Below are positions 11,121 to 24,480 of a stretch of 64,000 nucleotides of DNA, one piece after another; position 1 is the first letter of the stretch, and each line of letters begins with the position of its first letter. The stretch is taken from positions 159,960,001 through 160,024,000 of the forward strand of contig NC_042998.1 in the NCBI RefSeq assembly GCF_006345805.1, in the 5' to 3' direction. The notes beneath the pieces are model-generated. The model ran no database searches. It saw only the letters and a program-made list of their open reading frames with translations, and was not told where the DNA came from. The DNA comes from Octopus sinensis (taxonomy: Eukaryota). Both the position numbers and the translations under genes were made by a program.

Positions 11121-12907
11121 ATCATCAATTCATGATAAGTATATACATGTAGAAAAACGTATGGAATCTCTAGTAATTTCTCAAAGATTCAAAAATATAC
11201 CTCACTTAAACATCTATATACAATACATTGATTACCGGAACATGCAGATGTGCTTCATGAGGACATAACGGGGATTACAACCCTTTCAATTCACTGTAAA
11301 CAGGAAAAGTGGTAGCAGCCGACATTAGCAACCTTATGTATACCTACGCATATCCCATACTGACGTACATATGTCCACGTAGGTGCCAGGTTGTCTCTAA
11401 ATAAGCGGACAAACTATGAAGAGACATCCGCCTCGCAATAATGGGCAATAAATACAAAAATAACTTTGCTCACCTCAGCGAACCCTAACATTAAATCCCC
11501 ACATCGCTTACTTCTTTCATTTCACAACGCTTAATGTTTTAGTTTAACTTATGCTTCAGTATTGTTGAAGTTGAGTCATTTCTTATGTAAAGTAACTACT
11601 TCGAAAAGTAAACAAGAATAGGATTTGCAAGTTTATTGGAGACGGAAAAAAAAACCCGCCACATTATTACAGTATTATTTCAATCCTATAACCAGACATG
11701 GTGATATGTCTGGTTATAGTGAGAAACATATTTGAAACGATTTTATTAGAAATATTTAATTCTATTATAAACGCTTAATAAAATTCAACTGTTTGTAATT
11801 TTATTTTATATACTTAAGAAAATTGATTTAGTTTGAAATCTGCTGCTGTAGATTATATTTAAATTCATATCAGTTATATTCATCTTCTAAAACCGACATG
11901 CATATGGCCTAAAACTTAGGTGATTAAATCAACATTAGTACTTGTATTATTGACCCTCAGAAGAGTAAAAGGCAAAAATCAATCTCAGCGAAATCTGAAC
12001 TCAGAACATGATGGGTTGTAATTATCCTCATCTCGCAGTAATGATTCTGCCAAGAATTTAGATTGAGTGATTAAGACGTGATAATATAAAAAAGGTAAAA
12101 ACTGAAGATTTTTTTTTCTACAATAATTAAAATTTAACTCAACCATGAATTAACATTAACTAATAAAGACATAATATACAAAAATTACAATTTCAAGTTT
12201 TCTTCATCATTAATTTACTTCTGATTCAAACTGGCTTCGAGCAGGCTGTTGAAATCGGTCTCTAGTTAATTACGAATCTGCGATTTATGTTTTGCTTCGT
12301 TGCCTGTCATCTTTTTATTATTGCAATCAATTTACTGGTAACTTTGTCGGTTTATTGAGTCTGCCTTGTCCTTGCATTTTTTATTCTTTTCACTTTTTTT
12401 TCTCTTTTTTCCTTTATTCCTTCTTCATTTCCCTTTTAGTGTTTTTATGATCTGGGGTTAGTTTTTAGTTAGGCAATGTTGTCAACTCCTGCTCCGTCCT
12501 TGATTCCAACTGGAAATCATGTCAGTCAGGGTCGACGTCTGGTAAACACTTTGTCTAGTTGGCGAAGACATTTTAGTGGATTGTTGTTGCGCTCTATTGA
12601 GAAAACGAATGCGTTTGTTCCTGATCCTAGTTATGCTAATGGTGATGGGTCGTTTCATCTCGTGTAGGGAGCGATCCTAGTCTCACGGTAGGAAGTCGTG
12701 CGTTTTCCAGCAAGACGACTGTGATGTTTTATTGTTCTACTCGGGTAAGAAATTTGACATTCTGTAGTTCTCAGAGGTTAGGTTTCTGACTCTAGGAGAA
12801 CTGTAGCTGTGTTAAATTTTGAGCGGGGCGTCACTGGAATCAATAGGGAGGGTAGAGAGTGGTGGGTGTGCTGGGCACTATGAGGATTAGATTTAAAAGA
12901 GTTGGAG

Positions 12908-13222
12908 AGCGTTCTTTCGTTTTAACTCGACAAAACTATAACAAAACCTCGATTGTTTCCGTGTCAACTCGACAATTCACTTCGGATATCTTCGTGACAG
13001 TGTGCGTGTTCTGTTTTTATGTAGTTATGTGTTGTGGAATATAGATATAAAGAAATTATGCCAGCAAAAAGCCTTGAATATTTGTTCTTACCTGCTTCAT
13101 GTGTGTATGTAAAATCCACAAATTTTCGGAGGTCACGAAAATATCCAAAGTGAATTGTCGAGTTGTTACGGGAGCAACCGAGGTCTTGTTATAGTTTTGT
13201 CGAGTTAAAACGAAGGAACGCC
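12908..13222. mobile_element. 315-bp MITE with ~85-bp TIRs and 9-bp TSD (Mutator-like)
   Basis: (a)gcgttctttcgttttaactcgacaaaac... versus ...gttttgtcgagttaaaacgaaggaacgcc; gagttggag at 12899-12907 and 13223-13231. Confidence 0.85.
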
Positions 13223-13469
13223 GAGTTGGAGTAAGTACATTATACAACTGATGGGCTTCTCTTTCAGTCACCCTCTCCTCTTCTATTTATTTATACTTGC
13301 AGTACCCGTGGAAATTCCATAGTAAATACGGAATTTTTTGGTGGTCGAAAGTTTATATAGAATAATAAAAATTAGTATTTCTTTGGAAATTGTACATTCT
13401 GCATTATTATATTTTTTAAAATCTTTTATGATTGTAATGAGGGAGCACGACTTCCCCATTCTTTCATTT

Positions 13470-14475
13470 GGATCTTTTCCTTTTGATGGAAACAATTTGA
13501 AACTTCGTATACTGGTAGAATGTGTCAAAAGAAAACATTATTGTAAACAAAATTGTAATTTGTAAGTTTAACGTAGTTTAATTCTTCGAATTTTAACCAA
13601 TGAAATACCAGCATTTGAGCTCAAATCATTTGCTGCGTTATCGATATTGATAAAGAAACATAGACGCACGCCGCATACACACACACATATTCAGATACAT
13701 ACACACGTACACTTGCACACACACACACACACACGAAACATAGCAGACGCACGCCGCATACACACACACACACACATATATTCAGATACATACACACGTA
13801 CACTTGCACACACACACACACACACACACACTCTCTGTCACACACTCTCTCTCTCTCTCTCAAACACATGCATATACATTTGCACATGCACATAGTAATT
13901 AATATATAAGCGTACACACGGAGATGGGGGGGTCAATGTTTCATCGTTTCGGGGTCGATAAATTAAGTACCAATTACGCACTGGTGTCGAGGATTTTTTT
14001 CCCCCAATTTATATCACAGCCTCCGACAAGCTGGGGCATCTTTTTATGAAAAAATATTTCGCAAATTTTTACAATACGACCCACACTCCACGCGCACCCT
14101 CTACACCGATTTAGGCATATTATTGTTTTGTTTTTGCTGTTTCTGGCCCTTCAAAACCATGGGAGAAGCCTTTTGGTAAAAAAAAAAAATAGAAAGAAAA
14201 TATTCAAAAAATATCGTTAATATTTTTATTGGGCGATGAAATTCATCGATTTAAGAGATATAGTTGTTATTTCTAGCACATGCAGAAGAGAGAAGGATGA
14301 ATAACGTGTGTGTGTGTGTGCTGTTTACGTTCAACAGGATATTGTCTGAGTTTTTAGACGCAGCAAATGATTTGAGCTCAAATGCTGGTATTTCATTGGT
14401 TAAAATTCGAAGAATTAAACTACGTTAAACTTACAAATTACAATTTTGTTTTCAATTTTGTTTACAATAATGTTT
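13470..14475. mobile_element. Second GGATC-terminated foldback element, related to 772-1889, right end truncated
   Basis: ggatcttttcc start. 13545-13638 is inverted against 14362-14475. Shares atcatttgctgcg and cttcgtatactggtagaatgtg motifs with the first element. Confidence 0.75.
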
Positions 14476-14796
14476 TCAGAGATTCATTTTTACATCAGGA
14501 GCTTTACAGTGATTACAGGAATATTCAACCATTTATTTACATTTTATTTTTTTTGACATTCTCTTACATTTTCATTTTTTTTTATTATCTTGAAGACATT
14601 CTCTTATCTGTTGCAAATACTCATTGTATTCTCTTTGATTCATATTTTCCCTTCTATGCTACTGTCTCCCGTGCTTGTTCTAGTGATTCAACCCTGTTTC
14701 TCTTTACACTGTTGTCCATACCATCTTATTCTTTCTCTTGTTAGCTTACATTGTCTGTCATCCATATTTAATAAACAAATATCAATTTTCAAGTGA

Positions 14797-14990
14797 GCAG
14801 ATGATAAATATTACAGAGATGTACTTGCATAGCAAGTGACCTGATCTGAGATCGTGTGCTGGAACGAAAACAATTGCAGCGTGGAAGGTGTTTATAAGCC
14901 ATTTAAGAAACACGAAAATCGTTAGATCTAACGGTTTTTGTGCGTTTCTTAAATGGCTTATAATGGCTTCCATGCTGCAGATGATAAATA
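14797..14990. mobile_element. Short fold-back retroelement fragment between 14-bp direct repeats
   Basis: gcagatgataaata at 14797-14810 and 14977-14990; palindrome centred on cgttagatctaacg. Confidence 0.65.
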
Positions 14991-15624
14991 ATTGCCTTTA
15001 TAAGCATGATGGGTAATATAAAATTTTAGTTCAATAAAAAAAAAAATGACCAACACTTACTCATCAGCACCAACTCTACTGCTGTCGACAAAGCTCAGTC
15101 TGTTTTCCAACCAATATTTTCATTTCAATTCTGTTCAATTCAGTTTTTTGTTTATATCTACTTTTCTTGCTGTTGATGTATCTCTCTTCTCTGACAGCAC
15201 AAAGTTTCAAAAGCAAAACAAAATCTACGGATATTTTGCTTAGTTATTTCACTTCCATTGAAAAAAAATCTATCTTTCTATCTCTGATGAATCTAATTTC
15301 ATATCTAATATAAGCTTTCTTTCTTCCGTCCAGCAATTGATGTATTTGTCAGTGTGGATAGATAGATAAATAGATCGACAGATAGAAGACATAAAAAAAA
15401 TTGATCTTAAAATGTTTTCTTGTCAGTTACAATAATATATTATATGATTTCTCCCTGCTAAACACTTTATATTTCACTTTTTTTGCTACCTCTTATTTCA
15501 ACAAACTTTTTAACCATGTCACTTCCCTCTTCATGTTATTATCATTTCTCTCTTTCTCTCAATCCCACTAACAACATGACAGTGTAATGCATCGGCTGGT
15601 AATAACATCACTACTCACTTTCTT

Positions 15625-15676
<52 letters not shown>

Positions 15677-16651
15677 ATCTATTTGCCTTTCTTTAACCTC
15701 ACCATCAAAACATCAACCCTCTGCTAAATATTGTATTTCTAACTCTCTCACTCTGTATAACCATGTAATAACTATTACTTTCCCTCTACTTCATGTCATC
15801 AAAACTTCTCTCCCTCCCTTATTCTCTTACCTCTCCCTTCAACTGACCATGTGACAGCATGACACATTCAGCCTGATTGTATAAATATTTAGATTGCTCT
15901 GTGAATTCAATGTATTCAAATGGATGTTGTGAAAATTTAGAAACAAAACAATTATTTTTTATTCACTTGAGATTTTTCAGTAGTTATCACCTGTAATTAT
16001 TTATAACAGTTGTGCACTCCAAATTGTTTAAAAGTAACACTTTATTTTCAACCATTTTGACTACATTTTGGTAAGACAGACTGAATCATTCACTCAAACA
16101 GTATATATAACTAAAAAAAAGTCACCGTGCCTTGACTAAATAAGATAAAAGCTGCTCACACAGCTACTGGATACAACCAAAAGGCGAAAACAATCATAAA
16201 TTCAGACGCAAATATCATAGCTATCCTTTTAACTGTCATATGATACATCTTTGATATATCTTCTTGCAGAGTTGTCAAATGACCACAACACACAAATACA
16301 ACAGAAAACTGCCTCAAAATTTCCTTACCTCACCACCTGACCTTCCTCAACCAATCAATCTGTTCGTTAACTGATAGTAATCTAAGCTACATTTTTAAAA
16401 CAACAGACAGAGATGATAGAGTTTGCAACACAGTTCCACATAACATACACTTCTGAAAAATCAAATCTCAAATCAATTACATATACATATGTTTTAAATA
16501 TATATATGTTTAATTACATATATGTTTTAATTACATATATAAATATGCTTTAAAATTTAAACAAATCTTCATATATTCTCTGTGCATTTTCAACTTCATT
16601 TATTTCTTCTGTACTACTATTTGTTGGATTAGTAATGATTTATATATATAT

Positions 16652-17550
16652 ATAGGATGCAGTTAATAAATTCATCTAAATTACACAAAAATGAAAATAG
16701 CACTGACATCACATTCTAACAGATATATTTACCAAAATTACATTAAAATATCTTGAAATACTAAGGAGTAAATTTATTCAATAAAATCACCATTGGCTTC
16801 AACCACAACCTCCATACGACTTTGGAATCTCCTGCAACTCTTCTAGACGGTTTCCTTGTTTAAGTTGGTGAATGTTGCCATAATCCTTACCTTCATTTCA
16901 TCTTTGGTGTTACAAAAAATTTTGTTGGTCTCTAGCACAACTGTGCCCAACTCATACTATACTGTGTAATAGTCAAGGGGATTGCAGTGTGGGAGGTAGG
17001 TGGCCAGATGTTAGGGGTGATGTGGTCACAGAAATTGTCTGACAGCCATGACTGGGTTCTCTTGCTTGTGTGGCATTGTGCAGAGTCCTGTTGCCAAACA
17101 TAAGCTCTTCCAGGAGCCACCCTCTTGACCCAGGGCAGCACTACCTCCTCCAGGCACTTGATGTTGACCTCCATGTTGAGTCTGAGGCCATGTGGAAAGA
17201 TGAATGGAGCATAACATCACCATCACTGATTACTTGAAACACCATGATGTTGGCTGGATGTTTGAGTTTTATCACTCTCGGTGCATGTTTCAAAGTGGAC
17301 ACCCAAACACACTGAAATGTTCGTATTGGAGCTTTCGGTGAAAATGCCAAACAGCACGGCATATCATTTTCAAATTTCTGGCAGAGTGAATTGTGTCATA
17401 GTGCTGTTTTTCTCACAGATGGTGCCCAACTGACCCTATTATACTGTGTAATCAACTGACCCTGCTATACTGTATAATCAACAAAATCAAAAACGAACAA
17501 TGCACATGAATGAAATATAAAATGGCAACAATTTACCCATCGCACCCAGT
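16652..17550 (-). mobile_element. Tc1/mariner element (possibly DD37D/maT-like), transposase decayed
   Basis: Minus-strand peptides KCLEEVVLPWVKRVAPGRAYVWQQDSAQCHTSKRTQSWL...IWPP and C-terminal CRRFQSRMEVVVEANGDF; subgroup call is tentative. Confidence 0.85.
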
Positions 17551-17564
17551 GTGTTGTGTGTGAG

Positions 17565-17850
17565 GGCATATGGCCTAATAGTTAGAGTATTGACTCACAA
17601 TCTAATGATTGTGATTTCAATTCCTAGATCAGGACGTGTGTTGTGTTCTTGAGCAAAACATCTCAACTCACATTGCTCTGCAATCACTTCCACACCTGAC
17701 ATGTGGCACACAGTGCATCTGTTCAATGTCGATTTGAGGGAGAGAGTGAGCTAATGTGTGGCATGATCATTTGATCACTATAAACAAATCATTTGTGCAG
17801 GTCATTCGGCAAAAGCTGAACACTCATACGTTGTCTTAAATGGGAGAGTC
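17565..17850 (+). mobile_element. Third tRNA-derived SINE family, diverged
   Basis: catatggcctaatagttagag head, gatttcaattcc B-box-like, ttgtgttcttgagcaaaaca central motif. Confidence 0.6.
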
Positions 17851-18556
17851 CATCATGTATATACATATACATATATATATATATAGCTGAGCAGTTTCAT
17901 CTGTCCATAGTATCTGTTTACATCTATGGGAGGTATCTATTAATGAATATGTAGCACTGCTTTGCATTCAAGACTTTGTCAGTTCTGTGACAGATGAAGG
18001 CCATGATATATCAGGTGAATGCAGCCTATATTTTGGCTAATTGTTGTTCTAATGCATTTGTATGGTGGTGTGATCAAAAAGAAAATTCCATGTAATTTTA
18101 TGCCAAATCATGATTATAAAGTGAAATGCATGGGAAATACAAACCAGAGAGAGAGGGAGCATTCACCGAGATTTGCAGAGGATGACAGAGGACAGCAGAG
18201 GTTTTCTTGTTCAACCAGCATTCATACCACACTGACCTTGTGTTAAAAGGCCTCCACTTTCTAAGCATTCATTCTCACCTCTTTCCAAGCATAACGTTCT
18301 CTCTTCTCATCAAGTACAAACAACATTTTCTCCTCTCACACACAAGCATAATGGCTTATGTAAAATAACAATTGTAATATCAACCACCATATAAACATGT
18401 TACTCAAATCCTAAATATCATGATTGGTTTTATTTGAGAGTAGCACACAGCCAGACTAAATAATACAGCTCCCAGCAAACCAATGCAACAAATAATCCAC
18501 TTTCTCTGGTGCCAATTTACATCTGTGGTACTAGGTGCCTGTTTCCATCTATAGTA

Positions 18557-19818
18557 CTTATCAACAGCAGTCTACAATTGAGGATCTTACCCTACCTTTC
18601 CTTATTCCCCTTCCCTTCCTTCTACTGGCCTTGTACCTCATGAGTGCTTAAATATAGCAACTGCATATTTGTGACTTGTATCAACTGTCTGAGGAAACAT
18701 TTGGCTTGATTATGCATGCTGCATTTAAGGGTTGCATTTATAGCATGACATTGTGTCACCAAATATTGAAACATATGTAAATGATGAAATAAAGAAATAC
18801 CAAGTTCAAGCCTATGTTTCTTTCTTGCTTTTCTTTTCAGTTAGGTTTTAGCTGTTTCTCTTCCCAGCTCATTTTCCCCATCCCTTTTCTAACATGATAG
18901 TATCTCCTCTTACTAACATATCTCTCTTCCCAACTAGCATAGGACCTACCAACATTTTTCATTGCCCTGTCAAAAATTAACAAGTCACAATCCATGATAT
19001 TTAAGTAGACACTTTTGGAAGAATGAAAAAAGTAACTCACCCAGTGACATCATAGGGACCAACACAAAGACCAAGAAAGCAAAGAAGTCATTGTCTCCCA
19101 CTATCTGCAGTGAATGGCGGGTATCAGTGGGAGCTCATTGTCAATGAATTCTTGATGCTGAAGGTGAATGAAGTTAACTGCAGCAATAATCCCTGTAAAT
19201 ATCTAGATTTCTGCCAAGACAGAAAATATTGACTCTTATTCGTTTATTCTTTTATTCCTGTATTATTTTATTTGTTTTTTCTTTTGCTCATTGGACTGGC
19301 CATGCTGGGGCACTGCCTTGAATATGACATTCTAAAACAGCTATGAACTTACCCAGTTGCAAAGAAAGACAGCAATCAGTTAGAACCTCTTTGTCAAAGA
19401 ATCCTGAGTTATAAATATTAAAAGAATTATTTTTACTACTGCCAAAAGGCTTGTAATTTTAGGGGCAAGGGGCTAGTAAATTTCATTGACTCCAATGCTT
19501 TTAACTGTTAATTATTTTATTGACTCCAAAAGGATGAAAGGCAAAGTTATGCTGCTAAGCATTTTGTCCAGTGAACTAATGATTCTGTCAGCTCACTGAC
19601 TTTATGAATATTATGATGATGTCAACTATAAATGCAGTCCTTAAATGCATCTCAGAAATGCATCATGCATAATCAAACTAAATGTTTCCTCAGTCAGACA
19701 GTTGATACAAGTCACAAACATGCAGTTGCTATATTTAAGTACAAGGCCAGTGGAAGGAAGGGAAGGGGAATAAGGAAAGGTAGGGTGAGATCCACAACTG
19801 TAGACTACTATTGGTAAG
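18557..19818. repeat. Pair of ~195-bp inverted repeats 0.87 kb apart
   Basis: 18557-18750 is the reverse complement of 19620-19818 (e.g. cctacctttccttattccccttcccttcctt versus aaggaagggaaggggaataaggaaaggtagg). Confidence 0.85.
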
Positions 19819-20194
19819 AATCAGATCAGCCACTAACTTAAATGTGGAGATATTGGTGCATCGTGAGAAAATCAATTTTGACAAGGTATAAGAAGCATTT
19901 GACAATAAATGCCACCTATAGATTTTATGGTGGGTTATACCATAAAACTTATATTTTCATTTCTTTGTGTGTGTGTGTGTATATATATATATCATTTACT
20001 TGTTTCAGTCATTTGACTGTGACCATGCTGCAGCATCGCCTTTTAGTCGAACAAATCAACCCAAGGACTTATTCTTTGTAAGCTTAGTACTTATTCTATT
20101 GGTCTCTTTTGCAGAACTGCTAAGTGACAGGGACATAAACACACCAACATCAGTTGTCAAGTGATGGTGGTAGGGACAAGCTGAGACACACAAA

Positions 20195-20766
20195 TATATA
20201 TTAACAGTAATGGTAAGACAACAAAAGAATGAAAGAGACCTTGATACTATGTAAATAGAGGAATTTATCTGTAATATAATATGTGACAGTTATATTCAAA
20301 TGCACGTCTAAAATACATAGATGTGCGAGCGTGTATGTGTGGATATGTATACGTGTACATGTATGGTTGCATATATATGTGCCTCTGTTGGCATATGTGT
20401 GGGTGCGCATGTGTCTTTCATGTGAGTGTGAGTAAGCATATGCATATAGGCACATGTACGTGGGTGTGCATGCACACATGAGTATGTATGTACATGTGTG
20501 CACACGTGATTGCTATGAGCATTTTTACTCCTTTACTTTTTACTTCCTCCCCTTCGGTTTTTTCCCTTATTTAACAGTCATTCTAATAGCTCTTTTGTCT
20601 TAATAACGATCAATTACATAGTAATTTCCCTTTGTTTAACGGTTATTTACATAGCATATTTTCATTGCCTCAATAACTGAAGAGATGCTGGTGCAGGTTT
20701 CTGCTTCAACATCTGAAACTCAGAGTTTTATTATGGCAACCAAATAGTTGTTACATATTGTATTAC

Positions 20767-20775
<9 letters not shown>
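20195..20775. mobile_element. Penelope pseudo-LTR copy (inverted piece 20195-20290 plus direct piece)
   Basis: Matches 6968-7150 and 26850-27140. Confidence 0.7.
20672..20732 (+). ncRNA. Candidate minimal type I hammerhead ribozyme (PLE-associated)
   Basis: AAUAA-CUGAAGA-G...stem II...GAAA-CU-CAG-AG-UU/UUAUU; stem I 5 bp. Confidence 0.5.
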
Positions 20776-20801
<26 letters not shown>

Positions 20802-22094
20802 AACATACATATACAATGGGCTTCTTTCAGTTTTCATCTACCAAATCCAGTCACAAGGCTTTGGTTGGCCCGAAGCTATAGTAGAAAACACTTGCCCAAG
20901 GTACCACATGCAGTGGAACTGAACCTGGAATCATGTGGCTGGTAGGCAATACATATAATGTAGTTAGACAAATACATATACACACACATATATACATATA
21001 GACAATTAGATAGCTTGGTAAGTTATATCCATGTACATATGTGTGTGTGTGTAAGGAATGTGTGCAAATGGTAAAAATATAAAAGAAAGAATAAAGGATT
21101 AGCATACCATCATAAACCATTGCACTAAAGGTATGCAGTTCCAATGCCTTGAGTACACTTAGTGAGATAGCTGATGAGATAATTTTCATTAGTTCTGTTT
21201 TTTATGTTTTCCTAGCTTGTGCACATTCCGTGCATACATGATTGCTAATGCACACACCAAATGTCCTCATCCGTTTTGTTTCATTATAAGTGTGTGTTTA
21301 TACACGAGAAATACAATTCTCCCATGTCTTTTGTTCATTTGTGCTTGCATGTGCAGAAGTCAACCATAATTTCTGCTTGTTTATTTATCCACTTGTTTCA
21401 CAAACTCAATTTACCATTTATAGAATACATTTGTGGAAACCAAGGCTAACATGCAGTATTCTTTTTCAGTTAGGCTGATCATTGATTATTATACTTGCTA
21501 TTTCATTTCTGTTGTCATTTGTCAACAAAGTTCCTTAAAATTTATTCTTTTGCACAAATGTTTCTTTGCATATTGACATTATATATATGCCAAACAGTGT
21601 GTTCATTGACAATAAACTTCACTAGGTAAATATATTTCAAAATTCACTGTCCGATATCATTTTCTAATTTGCATTTTTTTTAATTTGTGGTTTTTTCCCA
21701 AGTAATTTGTAGCTTTCCTCTATGTATGCATAAATATAGCATATCACAAAAAAAAATGTATATTTAAAAGACACTTCCTTATATTCTTAGGTCAGCATGA
21801 TCTTTCCCTCTCTTTCTATCATAAACCACCATGCAGAAACATACTGCCAATATTTGCTCAAGAATTTCATTTTCTGATTTATACCTGCTTCAAACATACA
21901 GCTAAAATACAATTTCTTCACAAATTCACTTTCTTATTCCAACCACCCTCAGAATTTATCTTTAAGCATTTTCTCTTTAATACTGTCTTTATATTTATAT
22001 GTTTTCAACATCAGCAATTCACAATGTGAAAAAAGAAAAAAATCCAACTGTTTCTTTTCTTTCTTCTTTTTTCCAGTTGTAATATGTTAGTTTC

Positions 22095-22300
22095 AAATTT
22101 TGGCACAAAGCCAGCAATTTTGGGGGAGAGGGTAAGTTGATTACATTGACCCCAGTGTCCAACTGGTACTTATTTTATTGACTCTGGAAAGGATGAAAGG
22201 AAATGTTGACCTCAGCGGAATTTGAACTCTGAATGTAAGGATGGATAAAATGCCGCTAAGCATTTTGCCTAGCATGCTAATGATTCTGCTAGGTTGTTGC
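22095..22300 (-). mobile_element. SINE of the 9586-11120 family
   Basis: Reverse complement contains gagttcaaattccgctgaggtcaacatttcctttcatcc...aataagtaccag. Confidence 0.8.
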
Positions 22301-23665
22301 CTTATTCCAGTTGTAATATATTCATAAAGTGTCATGGTCTAGTAAATAAAAAAAAGACTTTCATTACCTTCATTATCTGTTTGCTCTATTTTACTTTCCA
22401 AACCCTGCCATATTACAGTAAATAATGCAGTTACAATATTGATACATTAGATTCTATACTCCAAAACACACTGTCTTAAGGGAAACTCACTCTGTCTTTA
22501 GCATTCTCTCTCTTTTACTCCTTATTAAATATGGATCTCATAAATTTTGTATACGTTTTGATATATGGTTTACAGCAAACACTTTGTGTGTCCCATTTGC
22601 AGGCAATGTGCTACAATAAATCAAGTGTCATTCAATACTTGATTGCTAATTTCATTTTCTGATTTGTATGCTTTAAAAGTACTAGAAAACAATTCTGCAC
22701 TACAACTAACAACAACAATAGTAACATCTTTATGTGGTCATTTGATGTGCTTGGAATAAAAGCTAAGTCTTCTTCAAATTACACTACATTACTTTAAAAA
22801 AACAAAACATTTAATAATGATGGCCTGAGGAAAGTTGGATTGGTCATATATGAAATATATCTATTCATTTGTCTGCTTGATCATCACTGTCCTGGTTTAA
22901 GCTATAGTAATGGGTGTGCCCAGCAAGACGGTCTATATTCACTCACTGTTAAAAGTAGCATTCAAATTTCCCTCAAATCATAACTTACTGTTAAAAATAG
23001 AAAAAATTTAACATGGAAAAAAAATCAGAAAAGCAATAATATCTCTGCAGTCCAAACTACAATAAAAAACATCATTCATTACATAACAACATTTACCTAA
23101 TTATGTAACCCCTAACATTAACCTCATTAATCCTCAACCCTGACATTAACCCATATGCATATATTTGTGTCTTTCCATGTACTCATGAAATACAAACCAC
23201 CTTTTCACTATATGCATCAAATGAAATCTGCTTCTTTACATTTCCAATACTTACATTATTTTCATCTGCAAACATCCATTTTTGCTTGTCCATAACTATG
23301 TAACCCTATAACTCCAACTATAAGATTATATGAACCACTGCATCTTCCCCCATATAACAACACTTAGTCTTCCTCTCAGTAGTACATTTATAAGCCTCTC
23401 AATGAACATTTGTTTTTCAGTGTGTACCAACATATACATGATCTGAGCTATAGTCACATTGGTAATGTGTATATGTTCTAATACTGCTGCACATAGTTAT
23501 ATATGCCAACAAGCACTCCTCCATATGTACCTATTGTTTGAGACATCTACCCATGTTTATATATTAGGTTGCATATTTGTATACCTCTATGTACATGTAT
23601 ACATATACAAAGTATTTGGTGTATATATCAGTATACCATATACATGTGTGTGTGTAATACCCAAG

Positions 23666-23821
23666 GAGAATGGAGTGAGAAAGTCCTTTTATTTCATTGA
23701 TTTACAACTGGTCACATAAGCACTGCTATATTATTCAATAATATAGCAATGCTCATGAGATCAGTGTTCAATGAAACAATTGCAAATCAATGAAATAAAA
23801 GGACTTGCTCACTCCATTCTC
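23666..23821. repeat. Imperfect 156-bp palindrome
   Basis: gagaatggagtgag..aagtccttttatttcattgattt versus aaatcaatgaaataaaaggactt..ctcactccattctc; centre gctatattattcaataatatagc. Confidence 0.85.
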
Positions 23822-24264
23822 TTTGATTTTAATTGTAGAAACCCTGTGGATGTTTGTGGATTTTTTGATAGGTTTTGATATTAAAAACAATCTCCAGATT
23901 ACAATTTGTTTGATAGCCTGGGCCCATGGATGAAATTAATAGGGTAAACTCCAGAATTAACACCCAAATGAAATTATAATATATATAATATATGGTATAT
24001 ATATCTGTAAAGATATACTTCCATAAGGGTTATTGGACCCACTTACCTGTATGTACATCCATACATCCATGTTGATGTGTATCATCATCATCTTTACATC
24101 TACCTTTCTATATTGTCATGGGTTTTAACATAACTTTTCAAGTCACTGTTCCATTCGGATGCTCTTCACAACACCAACCCTTTTAATCACTGCTTCCAAC
24201 ATGCAAGGATAGTCTAAAGACCAAGATACATCCTATGTATGCATACATATATATATATCATCAT

Positions 24265-24480
24265 CATCATCATCATTATTTAATGTTCGTTTTCCATGTT
24301 GGCATGGATTGGACAGTTTGACAGGAGCTGACCAGCTGAAGGGCTGTTCAGGTTCCATGTCTGTTTTGGTATGGTTTCTACAGCTAGATGCCCTTCCTAA
24401 TGCCAACCACTTAACAGAGTGTACTGGATGCTTTTATGCAGCACTGGGTACTTTTTATGTGGCACCAGCACCTACAAACC
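24265..24480 (-). mobile_element. RTE-LINE 3' tail, diverged
   Basis: Reverse complement of the tail consensus with (CAT)n. Confidence 0.75.

Noticed and set aside
12810-12830. aattttgagcggg resembling the U12 snRNA Sm region
   Set aside because: The U12 5' branch-point-pairing sequence and other stems are absent.
16327-16380. Minus-strand exon candidate with gtaagg donor
   Set aside because: No phase-consistent, recognisable partner exons.
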